Assembly: GCA_016929235.1 (NCBI GenBank)
Contig: JAFGJD010000004.1
Location: forward strand, 44,866-64,865
From: Candidatus Babeliales bacterium
GTDB lineage: Bacteria > Babelota > Babeliae > Babelales > JABCYS01
Direction: 5' to 3'
DNA length: 20,000 nt
In this document: piece by piece, positions 1 to 7,637 of the stretch
How the letters are laid out: each line of letters starts with the position of its first letter
Position numbering within the stretch: position 1 is the stretch's first letter
Notes under the pieces: model-generated
The model's database searches: none
What the model saw: only the letters and a program-made list of their open reading frames with translations
What the model was told of the DNA's origin: nothing
Program-made: the position numbers and the translations under genes

Positions 1-1
1 T

Positions 2-688
2 ATAGTTCCAGGAACATGGTCTGTATCAGCATCGTGGCACCAACCAGGCGGAGATTTTTTTGACATATTACAACAGAACTACGCACCAGAATCTGTTTTC
101 ACATTTTGTTGGTCAGGTAAAAATAATCACGATGCACGGATAGTCGCCTCACGCAATCTTGCAACACTTTTGAATCAATTTCCAATCGTAACGCTCGTAA
201 CACATTCACATGGGACCAATGTCGCATTATTGGCCATCAACATGCTTGCCGAACAAGATAGTCAAACACGTATTCCCATGTTGTATGCACTTGCAACTCC
301 CGTTGCATCCAATGATTATATCCCCAACATGAATTACATTGGTCATTTAGTACATTTGTTTTCGTTCAGTGACACCATACAAACTATGGTCAGCGGTTAC
401 GAACGAGTCTTTACGCCACACCCTCGTATTACCAATCTTGCGGTACTTTATAACCGTAAGGAACCAAATCATAGTGAGATTCATAGTCCATTGTGTGCTC
501 GGTGGCTTCCCTACTTAAATCAATATATCACACCAGGACAAGATGGAGTTTTACAGTTATCCTCTAACCATAATCCTGAACTCATTATTGACGATTCATT
601 CGCAGTATCTGTAGATTTGGATCAATGGCTTCAACAACAAATCAGTATTGGTTTTTGGAAATTTGTAAGATCAAAAAAGAATGAATGA
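2..688 (+). CDS. Alpha/beta-hydrolase fold protein (lipase/esterase-like), 5'-partial
   Basis: The frame is open from base 2 (IVPGTW...FCWSG...) into the listed ORF. It has a nucleophile-elbow-like THSHG, then LATP and a late His (NHSEIH). It overlaps the murI start by 8 bp. Confidence 0.7.
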   Translation: MVPGTWSVSASWHQPGGDFFDILQQNYAPESVFTFCWSGKNNHDARIVASRNLATLLNQFPIVTLVTHSHGTNVALLAINMLAEQDSQTRIPMLYALATPVASNDYIPNMNYIGHLVHLFSFSDTIQTMVSGYERVFTPHPRITNLAVLYNRKEPNHSEIHSPLCARWLPYLNQYITPGQDGVLQLSSNHNPELIIDDSFAVSVDLDQWLQQQISIGFWKFVRSKKNE

Positions 689-1460
689 TACAAAAAAACC
701 ATTACATAAATTGGTAGTGTTTGACTCAGGGATTGGTGGCCTTTCTGTCCTCCAAGAACTTATGAAACTTCCTATCAAGGAATTTGTATATTGTGCTGAT
801 ACTGCGCATGTACCCTATGGCGATAAAACGCCCGATGAAATCATAAGCCTTACGATGAAGACACTTTTGAGTGTAATTGATCCATCAATAGATGGTCTTG
901 TTCTTGCCTGCCATACAGCCTCATCACTCGTATATGAAACAATTACTCAAGCATTTCCCCACCTTCCAGTTTGGAATGTAATGGAGCCTGCAGCACGCTC
1001 AGCCGCTCATACTTCTCTTAACAAACGCATTGGCATCATTGGAACATCAGCAACCATTGCTCACAGCCGACATAAACAAACTATTCTCAACATAGAACCA
1101 GATGCGTACATTATTCAACAAGCATGTCCTGATCTTGTTCCACTCATCGAAGCGCCGCAGCTTGACATTGACGCCACGAAAGCAGCACTACATCGATATA
1201 TTACACCACTTCTTGCCCACTCTATTGATACTCTCATCATCGGCTGCACGCATTACGAATTGATACGGAATCTTATTAATCCACTTGTAGGAAAAGATAT
1301 CGCACTCATCAGCACACCACCACTTATGACGGCGCTCTTATATCCACTTGTAGAAAATCAAGATATTGTAAAACCCGTTATTTCCATTCATGTAACAGGC
1401 CCACAAATATCATTCCTCCAAAAACTCAATTCCGTCGCTCCGGCAATCTTGCAGAAATAA
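681..1460 (+). CDS. murI: Glutamate racemase
   Basis: Motifs FDSGIGGLSV, DTAHVPYGDK, LACHTAS (first catalytic Cys), GTSATI and GCTHY (second catalytic Cys). Confidence 0.93.
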   Translation: MNDTKKPLHKLVVFDSGIGGLSVLQELMKLPIKEFVYCADTAHVPYGDKTPDEIISLTMKTLLSVIDPSIDGLVLACHTASSLVYETITQAFPHLPVWNVMEPAARSAAHTSLNKRIGIIGTSATIAHSRHKQTILNIEPDAYIIQQACPDLVPLIEAPQLDIDATKAALHRYITPLLAHSIDTLIIGCTHYELIRNLINPLVGKDIALISTPPLMTALLYPLVENQDIVKPVISIHVTGPQISFLQKLNSVAPAILQK

Positions 1461-1476
1461 GTTGCTGCACTATACT
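1449..1476 (+). promoter_or_regulatory. Putative sigma70 promoter for the 1518 ORF
   Basis: TTGCAG (1449-1454), 16 nt spacer, TATACT (1471-1476). Confidence 0.45.
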
Positions 1477-1517
1477 GGTCCCGGTTTTTTATGCCCGTTA
1501 CACGAAAGGTCTATTTA

Positions 1518-1862
1518 ATGAAACGTATTCTTCTAGTTTCCTCAATTGCTCTTATCGGTTATGCATCAGCCCATGCAACCTGCGTGACCAAATGCGCTGA
1601 TGATTATGAACTTAGTGAAGAAGAAGCTCAGCTTCTGGAGTTATGCGACAACAGCCCTGACTATGAAACCTGCCGCTGCATTCTTGTCCGCACATTTTGT
1701 GTGCCAGAACACAAAGGAGCCACCACAGAATCAGATTTCTACCAAGTAGAAATTGAAACATTTTGTGCAGTCGCAGAATATCTTAGGGAAAGGCTTACTG
1801 AAGAACAGTGGAGAGAAGTCGCAGAGAGTATGGAGGAAGAAGGATTGGTCTGCATAGAATAA
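1518..1862 (+). CDS. Hypothetical exported, acidic, Cys-rich protein
   Basis: ATG at 1518 follows GAAAGG and gives a classic signal peptide MKRILLVSSIALIGYASAHA. The mature part has 8 Cys and is very Glu-rich. Confidence 0.7.
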   Translation: MKRILLVSSIALIGYASAHATCVTKCADDYELSEEEAQLLELCDNSPDYETCRCILVRTFCVPEHKGATTESDFYQVEIETFCAVAEYLRERLTEEQWREVAESMEEEGLVCIE

Positions 1863-1893
1863 AGCAACAAGCTCGTCATAGAAAGAGGCCGAA

Positions 1894-2310
1894 CTACTCG
1901 ACCTCTTTTTTTTCTACGATTTTTTTAAGTGCTTCATCCAGAACGCCGTTCACAAATTTGTATGCATCAACCTCAGCAAAGCATTTTGCTAATTCGATTG
2001 CTTCATTGATAACCAGACTTGGCGCATTGTCTGTATTTAACAATTCCCATAGCGCCAATCTCAAAATAAGCTTAGTACAAACACCAATACGTTCGATTTT
2101 CCAGTTGGCAAGCAAGGGGACCAACCTCATATCAAGCTCATTTCTCTGCTCAACGATGGCATGTGTAACATTCATTTCGGGACCAGCAAGGTCAATATCT
2201 GTATCAAATCCTCGATTCAGCATATCGGCAATTGACTCAAGTGATACCTCATAGGAGTTCTCTTCTGCTGCGTAGAGTATATGAAAAATCAAGGAGCGAT
2301 TCAGTCTCAT
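1894..2310 (-). CDS. nusB: Transcription antitermination factor NusB
   Basis: Motifs W-x-x-ER, ILRLALWEL, VINEAIELAK and FVNGVLD. It lies directly after efp with a TAATG stop/start overlap. Confidence 0.92.
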   Translation of the reverse strand: MRLNRSLIFHILYAAEENSYEVSLESIADMLNRGFDTDIDLAGPEMNVTHAIVEQRNELDMRLVPLLANWKIERIGVCTKLILRLALWELLNTDNAPSLVINEAIELAKCFAEVDAYKFVNGVLDEALKKIVEKKEVE

Positions 2311-2876
2311 TATTTTTTATCCACACGCTCAATATATTTTGAATCACGTGTATCAACTTTAATTACTGTTCCCACTTCAATGAATAGAGGAGCTTGAACA
2401 ACCAAGCCTGTTTCTAAAGTTACTGGTTTAGTACCAGCTCCCTGGGCAGTATCACCCTTCACACCAGGAGGTGCATCAACAACCTCAAGCTCCATAAATA
2501 ATGGTGGGGTTACTGCAATAGGACGACCCTGAAAATAGAGAATCGTATAGACCGTTTGTTCTTTCAAAAAGTTCTTTACATCCTCAAGCTGTTCTTTATT
2601 GAGACTTACTTCGTCATAGGTATTTTGATCTAAAAAGTGGTATAGATCATCAGCATAGAGATATTGCATTTCTTTGTATTCAAGATCAGGAGCAGAAAAT
2701 TTTTCTCCAGAACGGAATAACTCTTCTCTGACAAGGCCAGTAATCATGTTTTTCATTTTTGTACGAACGAATGCCCCGCCCTTACCAGGCTTAACATGAT
2801 GGTACTCAATCACCATATATGGCTCATTCTGGAAAAGGATCTTACAGCCTTTGCGAAAATCGGATGTGGAAATCAC
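2310..2876 (-). CDS. efp: Translation elongation factor P
   Basis: HVKPGKGGAFVRTK loop (Lys type), MQYLY, PGVKGDTA, LETG, PLFI and VDTR. GTG start preceded by GAAAGG. Confidence 0.97.
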   Translation of the reverse strand: MISTSDFRKGCKILFQNEPYMVIEYHHVKPGKGGAFVRTKMKNMITGLVREELFRSGEKFSAPDLEYKEMQYLYADDLYHFLDQNTYDEVSLNKEQLEDVKNFLKEQTVYTILYFQGRPIAVTPPLFMELEVVDAPPGVKGDTAQGAGTKPVTLETGLVVQAPLFIEVGTVIKVDTRDSKYIERVDKK

Positions 2877-2927
2877 TATGGACCTTTCATACTAATGAGA
2901 CATGAGCTATCGCTCAAAGAGTAGACT

Positions 2928-2956
2928 AGCATAAAAAAGACCGTAGTAAAAAGCAA
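2928..2956 (-). promoter_or_regulatory. Putative sigma70 promoter for efp-nusB
   Basis: On the minus strand: TTGCTT (2956-2951), 17 nt spacer, TATGCT (2933-2928). Confidence 0.5.
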
Positions 2957-2961
2957 TTCCC

Positions 2962-3840
2962 CTAATAAGACATCCGAGCACTGAGCGCTTCAGCTGCCTT
3001 CTGTCGCTCTCGAGCCTCCTGAGCCTGGCGAGCCGCTTCCTTGGCGACTGCTTCACGAACTACCGCTTCTATCACCGTTTTTTCAACTACTTTCTTTGCT
3101 ACCGCTTCTGCAATGGCTTCCCGCTCTGCCTCTACACGATATGCATTCTCTGCAGCCTTACGGCCCAGAGACTCGCGGCCAAGACACAACTTATCTACGA
3201 GATGATCTATTGAACGATTAATTGCTTTTCCAAGATCATTTTTATGTTTCCTAAGCGGATGAACAATCCCCTTCAAGGAATCTACAAGTTTAGCATACTT
3301 GCCATCAACAACCGCCTGTTGAGCATTACCAATAGCGTCGATAACTTTTTGCAAGCGACCAACATCAGTATAAATTGCATATTCTTGTATGAGATCAAAA
3401 ACATCCTTCAAATTATCATTGATTTTCTCAGGTCCCACAAAACGACTCAAAAGAAGTATAGAAAAATTATTCCAGACATCTGTCAATTGTTGCACTGTCT
3501 TTGCGTGCAACCGTGATTGTTCAGGAACAAAGATTTCTGTTTCAACAACCGCATCGAGGTTGAATCGACCTCGGTACCATCGTGCATAAAATGCTTCTTT
3601 CAAACACGCACACTCATGCAACCATTGCATAATTTGTATCCTACTATGTTCACAACAGAGGTTTCTATAGCGTTGCATGGAATTACCAACTGTCTGCGCC
3701 ACACTCTTAAATCCATATGTAGCAGGAAGACCTACGCTATGGTATGCCTTCATCAATGATGATCCCTGATACCGCATCAATGCTCCAATGCCAAACGCTG
3801 TAATGATCACGCTCGGCATGAGCATCATATACCACTTCAT
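2962..3840 (-). CDS. Hypothetical protein with N-terminal hydrophobic segment and C-terminal Ala/Glu-rich coiled coil
   Basis: Long ORF with GAGGAG 8 nt before ATG 3840, preferred over TTG 3846. It has an N-terminal hydrophobic stretch and an EAVAK/EAARQ helical tail. No family recognised. Confidence 0.65.
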   Translation of the reverse strand: MKWYMMLMPSVIITAFGIGALMRYQGSSLMKAYHSVGLPATYGFKSVAQTVGNSMQRYRNLCCEHSRIQIMQWLHECACLKEAFYARWYRGRFNLDAVVETEIFVPEQSRLHAKTVQQLTDVWNNFSILLLSRFVGPEKINDNLKDVFDLIQEYAIYTDVGRLQKVIDAIGNAQQAVVDGKYAKLVDSLKGIVHPLRKHKNDLGKAINRSIDHLVDKLCLGRESLGRKAAENAYRVEAEREAIAEAVAKKVVEKTVIEAVVREAVAKEAARQAQEARERQKAAEALSARMSY

Positions 3841-3939
3841 ATACAACTCTCCTCACCAAAATCTTCTGTTGACTTCAAAAATATGCTAGATAAATAGATC
3901 AGGAGTATTCAAGAGATTGCCATAAAACACGGAGAGATT

Positions 3940-4395
3940 ATGAATATACGAATCACTATTGCGATAGTGGCCGCTGTAATCCTTATTTTCGCAGGGGGAT
4001 ACCTGTATAAGCGGTGGCGCTCACATCATATCACGGCATTCCATGACAATATCATGAAACGAGCCCAAGAAAATGATACCTATAGAACCGTTGTGGTTAC
4101 TGGAGCACAAAGCCAACTCGTTCTTATGGCACTAAAACCGGGTGAGGAAATCGGAGAAGAAGTACACCAAAACACTGATCAAACCTTCGTATTTGTTGCA
4201 GGTAAAGGCACCGCATTGGCTGAAGACAAAACATATAACATAGATAAAGAAGATGTCTTTTTTGTCCCAGCTGGCATAAAACACAACATAAAAAATACTG
4301 GTACATTGCCATTGAAGCTCTATACTATCTATGCACCACCAACACATAAGGATGGAACGGTACACAAAACGAAAGCCGATGAACCTCAAGAATAA
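3940..4395 (+). CDS. Cupin-domain protein with N-terminal transmembrane anchor
   Basis: Cupin motif 1 (GEEIGEEVH...DQ-F-FVAGKG) and motif 2 (DVFFVPAGIKHNIKN). The N-terminus ITIAIVAAVILIFAGGYLY is followed by KRWR. GGAG RBS. Confidence 0.85.
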   Translation: MNIRITIAIVAAVILIFAGGYLYKRWRSHHITAFHDNIMKRAQENDTYRTVVVTGAQSQLVLMALKPGEEIGEEVHQNTDQTFVFVAGKGTALAEDKTYNIDKEDVFFVPAGIKHNIKNTGTLPLKLYTIYAPPTHKDGTVHKTKADEPQE

Positions 4396-4404
4396 AGATC
4401 GCAC

Positions 4405-5616
4405 ATGTCTTCATGCGTTGACACAGAAATACTATCACTGATTACACAAGAAGAAGAGCGTCAACAGAATACGCTTAACCTGATTGCGTCAGAAAATTAT
4501 GCCAGCGCGTGCGTCCGCAAACCACTTTCATCAGTTCTGACCAACAAATATGCCGAAGGGTATCCTGGAAAACGCTATTATGCTGGCTGTGAGAATGCTG
4601 ATGCCATTGAGCAATGTGCAATAGATAGAGCAAAACTCCTCTTTGGTGCTGACCACGCCAATGTGCAACCCCACTCTGGCTCACAAGCAAATATGGCTGT
4701 CTATATGACTGCGCTCGCACCTGGTGACACAATCATGGGCATGAGCCTCGCTGAAGGAGGGCATCTCACCCATGGACACTCCGTAAGCTTCTCAGGCATA
4801 TTCTACCGATCACACCCCTATACCGTTGATAGGACTACAGAGCGATTGGATTATGATGCCATTCAAGCTCAGGCCCTCAAAGTCAAACCAAAAATTATTG
4901 TCACAGGAGCGTCTGCATATTCTCGTACGATTGATTTCAAGGCATTTTCCGACATTGCACAATCAGTCGACGCAGTACTTCTTGCCGATATTGCACATAT
5001 CGCTGGATTTGTTGTAACTGGACTCCATCCATCACCAGTCCCCCATGCTGATTTTGTAACGAGTACTACGCATAAAACGCTCCGTGGCCCACGAGGCGGA
5101 TTGATCTTGTGCAATCATCAATATTCAGAAAAGATTGATAAGGCTGTTATGCCAGGCATCCAAGGCGGCCCATTTATGCAGGTCATTGCGGCTAAAGCCA
5201 TCGCCTTTAGGGAGGCACTGGACCCTTCGTTTATCGAATATCAGAAACAGGTAATCCTGAACGCAAAAACCCTATCCTCGACCCTCCAGGGGCTTGGATA
5301 TCGTATTGTTTCGGGGGGAACCGACAATCATTTATTTATTGTTGATCTCACAGATAAGGGAATCTCGGGTCGCGATGCTGAACGAATTCTTTCAAAGGCT
5401 GGGATCACCGTCAGTCGTAGCTGTATACCTTTTGATCCAGCAAAGCCATGGATTACCAGCGGCATTCGGTTAGGAACTCCTGCCGTTACTACCCGTGGAC
5501 TTAAACAAAATGCTATGAAACAGATCGGACTATGGATTCATCAGGTATTAAATAAACCGCATGGCGACCATAGTAGAGTTAGGCAAAACCTTATGACCCT
5601 TTTCTCAAAAGCATAA
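4405..5616 (+). CDS. glyA: Serine hydroxymethyltransferase
   Basis: LIASEN, NKYAEGYPGKRYY, QPHSGSQAN, GGHLTHG, TTHKTLRGPRGG (PLP lysine) and SGIRLGTPAVTTRG. Confidence 0.97.
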   Translation: MSSCVDTEILSLITQEEERQQNTLNLIASENYASACVRKPLSSVLTNKYAEGYPGKRYYAGCENADAIEQCAIDRAKLLFGADHANVQPHSGSQANMAVYMTALAPGDTIMGMSLAEGGHLTHGHSVSFSGIFYRSHPYTVDRTTERLDYDAIQAQALKVKPKIIVTGASAYSRTIDFKAFSDIAQSVDAVLLADIAHIAGFVVTGLHPSPVPHADFVTSTTHKTLRGPRGGLILCNHQYSEKIDKAVMPGIQGGPFMQVIAAKAIAFREALDPSFIEYQKQVILNAKTLSSTLQGLGYRIVSGGTDNHLFIVDLTDKGISGRDAERILSKAGITVSRSCIPFDPAKPWITSGIRLGTPAVTTRGLKQNAMKQIGLWIHQVLNKPHGDHSRVRQNLMTLFSKA

Positions 5617-5648
5617 AAAAGAAGGAACCGCGTTGCCGCGATTCCTTC
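5615..5648 (-). terminator. Rho-independent terminator of the RRM gene
   Basis: On the minus strand: GAAGGAATCGCG-GCAA-CGCGGTTCCTTC-TTTTTT, a 12-bp stem with one G-U pair, a GNRA loop and a U6 tail. It lies between convergent glyA and the RRM gene. Confidence 0.85.
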
Positions 5649-5670
5649 AAAAATCCGTTAGACAATTCGC

Positions 5671-6012
5671 TTAGAAGCGACGTCCACCGCGGTCTCCACC
5701 ACGGTCTCCACCACGGTCGTTACGGAATCCGCCGCCACGAGGGCCACGAGGTCCGCCTGCAGTACGTTGTTGTGGAGGACGTGCTTCGTTAACACGAATG
5801 CGTTGTCCGCCAAGCTCACTGCCATTCAATTCAGCTAAAGCTTGTTCTGCTTGTTCTTTTTCAGGCATTTCAATAAAACCAAAACCGCGAGGTTCGCCAG
5901 TGAACTTGTCCTTGATGACCTTAGCGGTGGTTACGATACCGAATGCTTCAAATGCTTCTTTGAGTTGTTCTTCGGTGACTGTACGAGAAAGGTTTCCGAT
6001 ATAAATATTCAT
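5671..6012 (-). CDS. RRM-domain RNA-binding protein with Gly/Arg-rich (RGG) tail
   Basis: RNP2 IYIGNL, RNP1 RGFGFIEM, then RVNEARP and a GGPRGPRGGG...(DRGG)3 tail. Confidence 0.95.
   Translation of the reverse strand: MNIYIGNLSRTVTEEQLKEAFEAFGIVTTAKVIKDKFTGEPRGFGFIEMPEKEQAEQALAELNGSELGGQRIRVNEARPPQQRTAGGPRGPRGGGFRNDRGGDRGGDRGGRRF
5683..5718. repeat. 3 x 12-bp tandem repeat encoding (DRGG)3
   Basis: TCCACCGCGGTC / TCCACCACGGTC / TCCACCACGGTC. Confidence 0.85.
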
Positions 6013-6128
6013 GTAGATAAAATCCTAAAATAATAAAAAAATAATAAAAAAAAGCGGATATTTAAGAAAAACGTTTAGACGATAGGAACCCTTTCTAGAC
6101 AGGAAAAAATAGATCTTAGATACTACCT

Positions 6129-6157
6129 ATCCTACTAGGATTCAGCCTCAGTGTCTA
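6129..6157 (-). promoter_or_regulatory. Putative sigma70 promoter of the RRM gene, implying a ~110-nt 5'UTR
   Basis: On the minus strand: TAGACA (6157-6152), 17 nt spacer, TAGGAT (6134-6129). Confidence 0.5.
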
Positions 6158-6171
6158 TGGCTCCCCCCTCA

Positions 6172-6200
6172 TTGACCTCCTGCTATCCCTAGGCTATACG
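6172..6200 (+). promoter_or_regulatory. Possible promoter of the left glycosylation operon
   Basis: TTGACC (6172-6177), 17 nt spacer, TATACG (6195-6200). The -10 element is imperfect. Confidence 0.3.
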
Positions 6201-6239
6201 TTACCCTATATGGAAAATTGATAGGGAGTTGATACCATT

Positions 6240-7637
6240 ATGCTCAAAACACTAAAACAGCATAAGGTCTTTCTCGTGGGCCTATTTATCTCAGCCTTTT
6301 TCATTAGAATTTTGGTCCTTTTTCTGTACTTACGATACAACGAAAACTACTGGCAAATCGATACCCCTTCGTACCATGACATCGCATGCTCATTGGCCAA
6401 AGGTAACGGATTTGTGCACTCCAATGGTTCGCTGAATTTTCTGAGGCTCCCTGGTTATCCACTCTTTCTTGCGGGCTGCTATTGGCTTTTTGATATAAAT
6501 CCCATTGCAGCCCTAGTGGTACAGATTATATTCGCATCCCTGATTCCTGCACTCATGTTTCTGCTTACATTACGGCTTTTTCCAGGCAGAATGAGATGCG
6601 CCCGCCTTATTGGCATCTATGGCACGATACATCTAGGTCTTGTACTATATTCTGGGTTTCTTATGAGTGAGACCCTATTTTTGCTTTTTTTCTTGGCTTC
6701 TCTTTATTTCTTTTTACCATACGCCGAACCGTTTTTTTGCCGGCTGTATCCTATACCAAAATCGCTAATAGCCCTTTTTTTAGCAGGAATACTATTAGGT
6801 ATCGCATCAATGATACGACCTGTTGGACAGTATTTGATTATTGTAGCCTGCTTACTTCTCTTATTCTCATGGAACCACTGGAAAGAAGTCCTCAAACGAA
6901 TTGCGGTTTTTTGTTCTGGCTGGGTGGTAGTAGTTGCACCGTGGCTTATTAGAAATTGGCTACTCACAGGCTACATCTTTTTTCACACTCTCGGTGGAGG
7001 CCATTTTTTAACGCTATCGGCCGCACGCGTAGTCATGCAAGAACGACAGTGTACATATGAGGAATCACTCGCGGCTCTTCGCAGAGAATTAGACAATAAA
7101 GTCATTACGCAACAAAACACTCTTAACCGACCTCTACAGGAAATTGAAGTATGTTGTTGTGGAGAGCAATTATCTGTGGAATATTTTAAACGCTATCCTC
7201 TTACATCAATCAAATTATGGATACATGACCTCACAAAAACAGTCTTAGGTCTTTATTCATCAGAGCTTCTCTATCTTGCATCAGGCAAACAACATGAAGA
7301 TTTTTTTACAAAAGATAGAACACTCTTATCATGTTTCATTCGTTACCTACATCCCAAAACTCATCCTTGGTCTCTTAAGATTATTATTTGGCTTGAAACA
7401 CTGCTGTATTTACTCATTCTCGTTGGATTATTTTTACAATTTCTAGGTATTATTATACACCTCATCAGTTCTTATCGATTTCCACCAATTGTCAGTCCAT
7501 GGTTTAGAACAATGCCATTTATTGCTGCGCTCATTTTGCTTGCTTTTGTATGTGGTTACGCACGATTGAGGGTCCCAGTAGAACCGCTTTTGATCATACT
7601 TGCATGTGCATATTGGGATGCGAGATTAACACAATGA
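6240..7637 (+). CDS. ArnT/PMT-like (GT-C fold) integral membrane glycosyltransferase
   Basis: TM1 is followed by a loop with D-x-x-x-Y (DTPSY), then R-x-PGYPLFLA, SETLF, and an RP motif after a TM helix. It has many hydrophobic helices and a large extracytoplasmic loop. Confidence 0.8.
   Translation: MLKTLKQHKVFLVGLFISAFFIRILVLFLYLRYNENYWQIDTPSYHDIACSLAKGNGFVHSNGSLNFLRLPGYPLFLAGCYWLFDINPIAALVVQIIFASLIPALMFLLTLRLFPGRMRCARLIGIYGTIHLGLVLYSGFLMSETLFLLFFLASLYFFLPYAEPFFCRLYPIPKSLIALFLAGILLGIASMIRPVGQYLIIVACLLLLFSWNHWKEVLKRIAVFCSGWVVVVAPWLIRNWLLTGYIFFHTLGGGHFLTLSAARVVMQERQCTYEESLAALRRELDNKVITQQNTLNRPLQEIEVCCCGEQLSVEYFKRYPLTSIKLWIHDLTKTVLGLYSSELLYLASGKQHEDFFTKDRTLLSCFIRYLHPKTHPWSLKIIIWLETLLYLLILVGLFLQFLGIIIHLISSYRFPPIVSPWFRTMPFIAALILLAFVCGYARLRVPVEPLLIILACAYWDARLTQ

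Noticed and set aside
1808..2254. 148-aa + strand ORF
   Set aside because: Antisense shadow of the well-supported nusB, with no motifs.
1894..2876. efp-nusB coupling as a novelty
   Set aside because: This gene adjacency is known in other bacteria, and the EF-P loop is the ordinary PGKG type.
5683..5718. 12-bp tandem repeat as CRISPR or mobile-element signal
   Set aside because: It has no spacers and is fully explained by the coding (DRGG)3 tail.
7152..7160. TGT x3 (Cys-Cys-Cys) in the GT-C loop
   Set aside because: Too short to separate from chance without homologs.
7550..7633. Upstream extensions of the ORFs called at 7550 (and likewise 8851 and 1491)
   Set aside because: ATGA stop/start overlaps, RBS placement and paralog alignment favour starts at 7634, 8911 and 1518.
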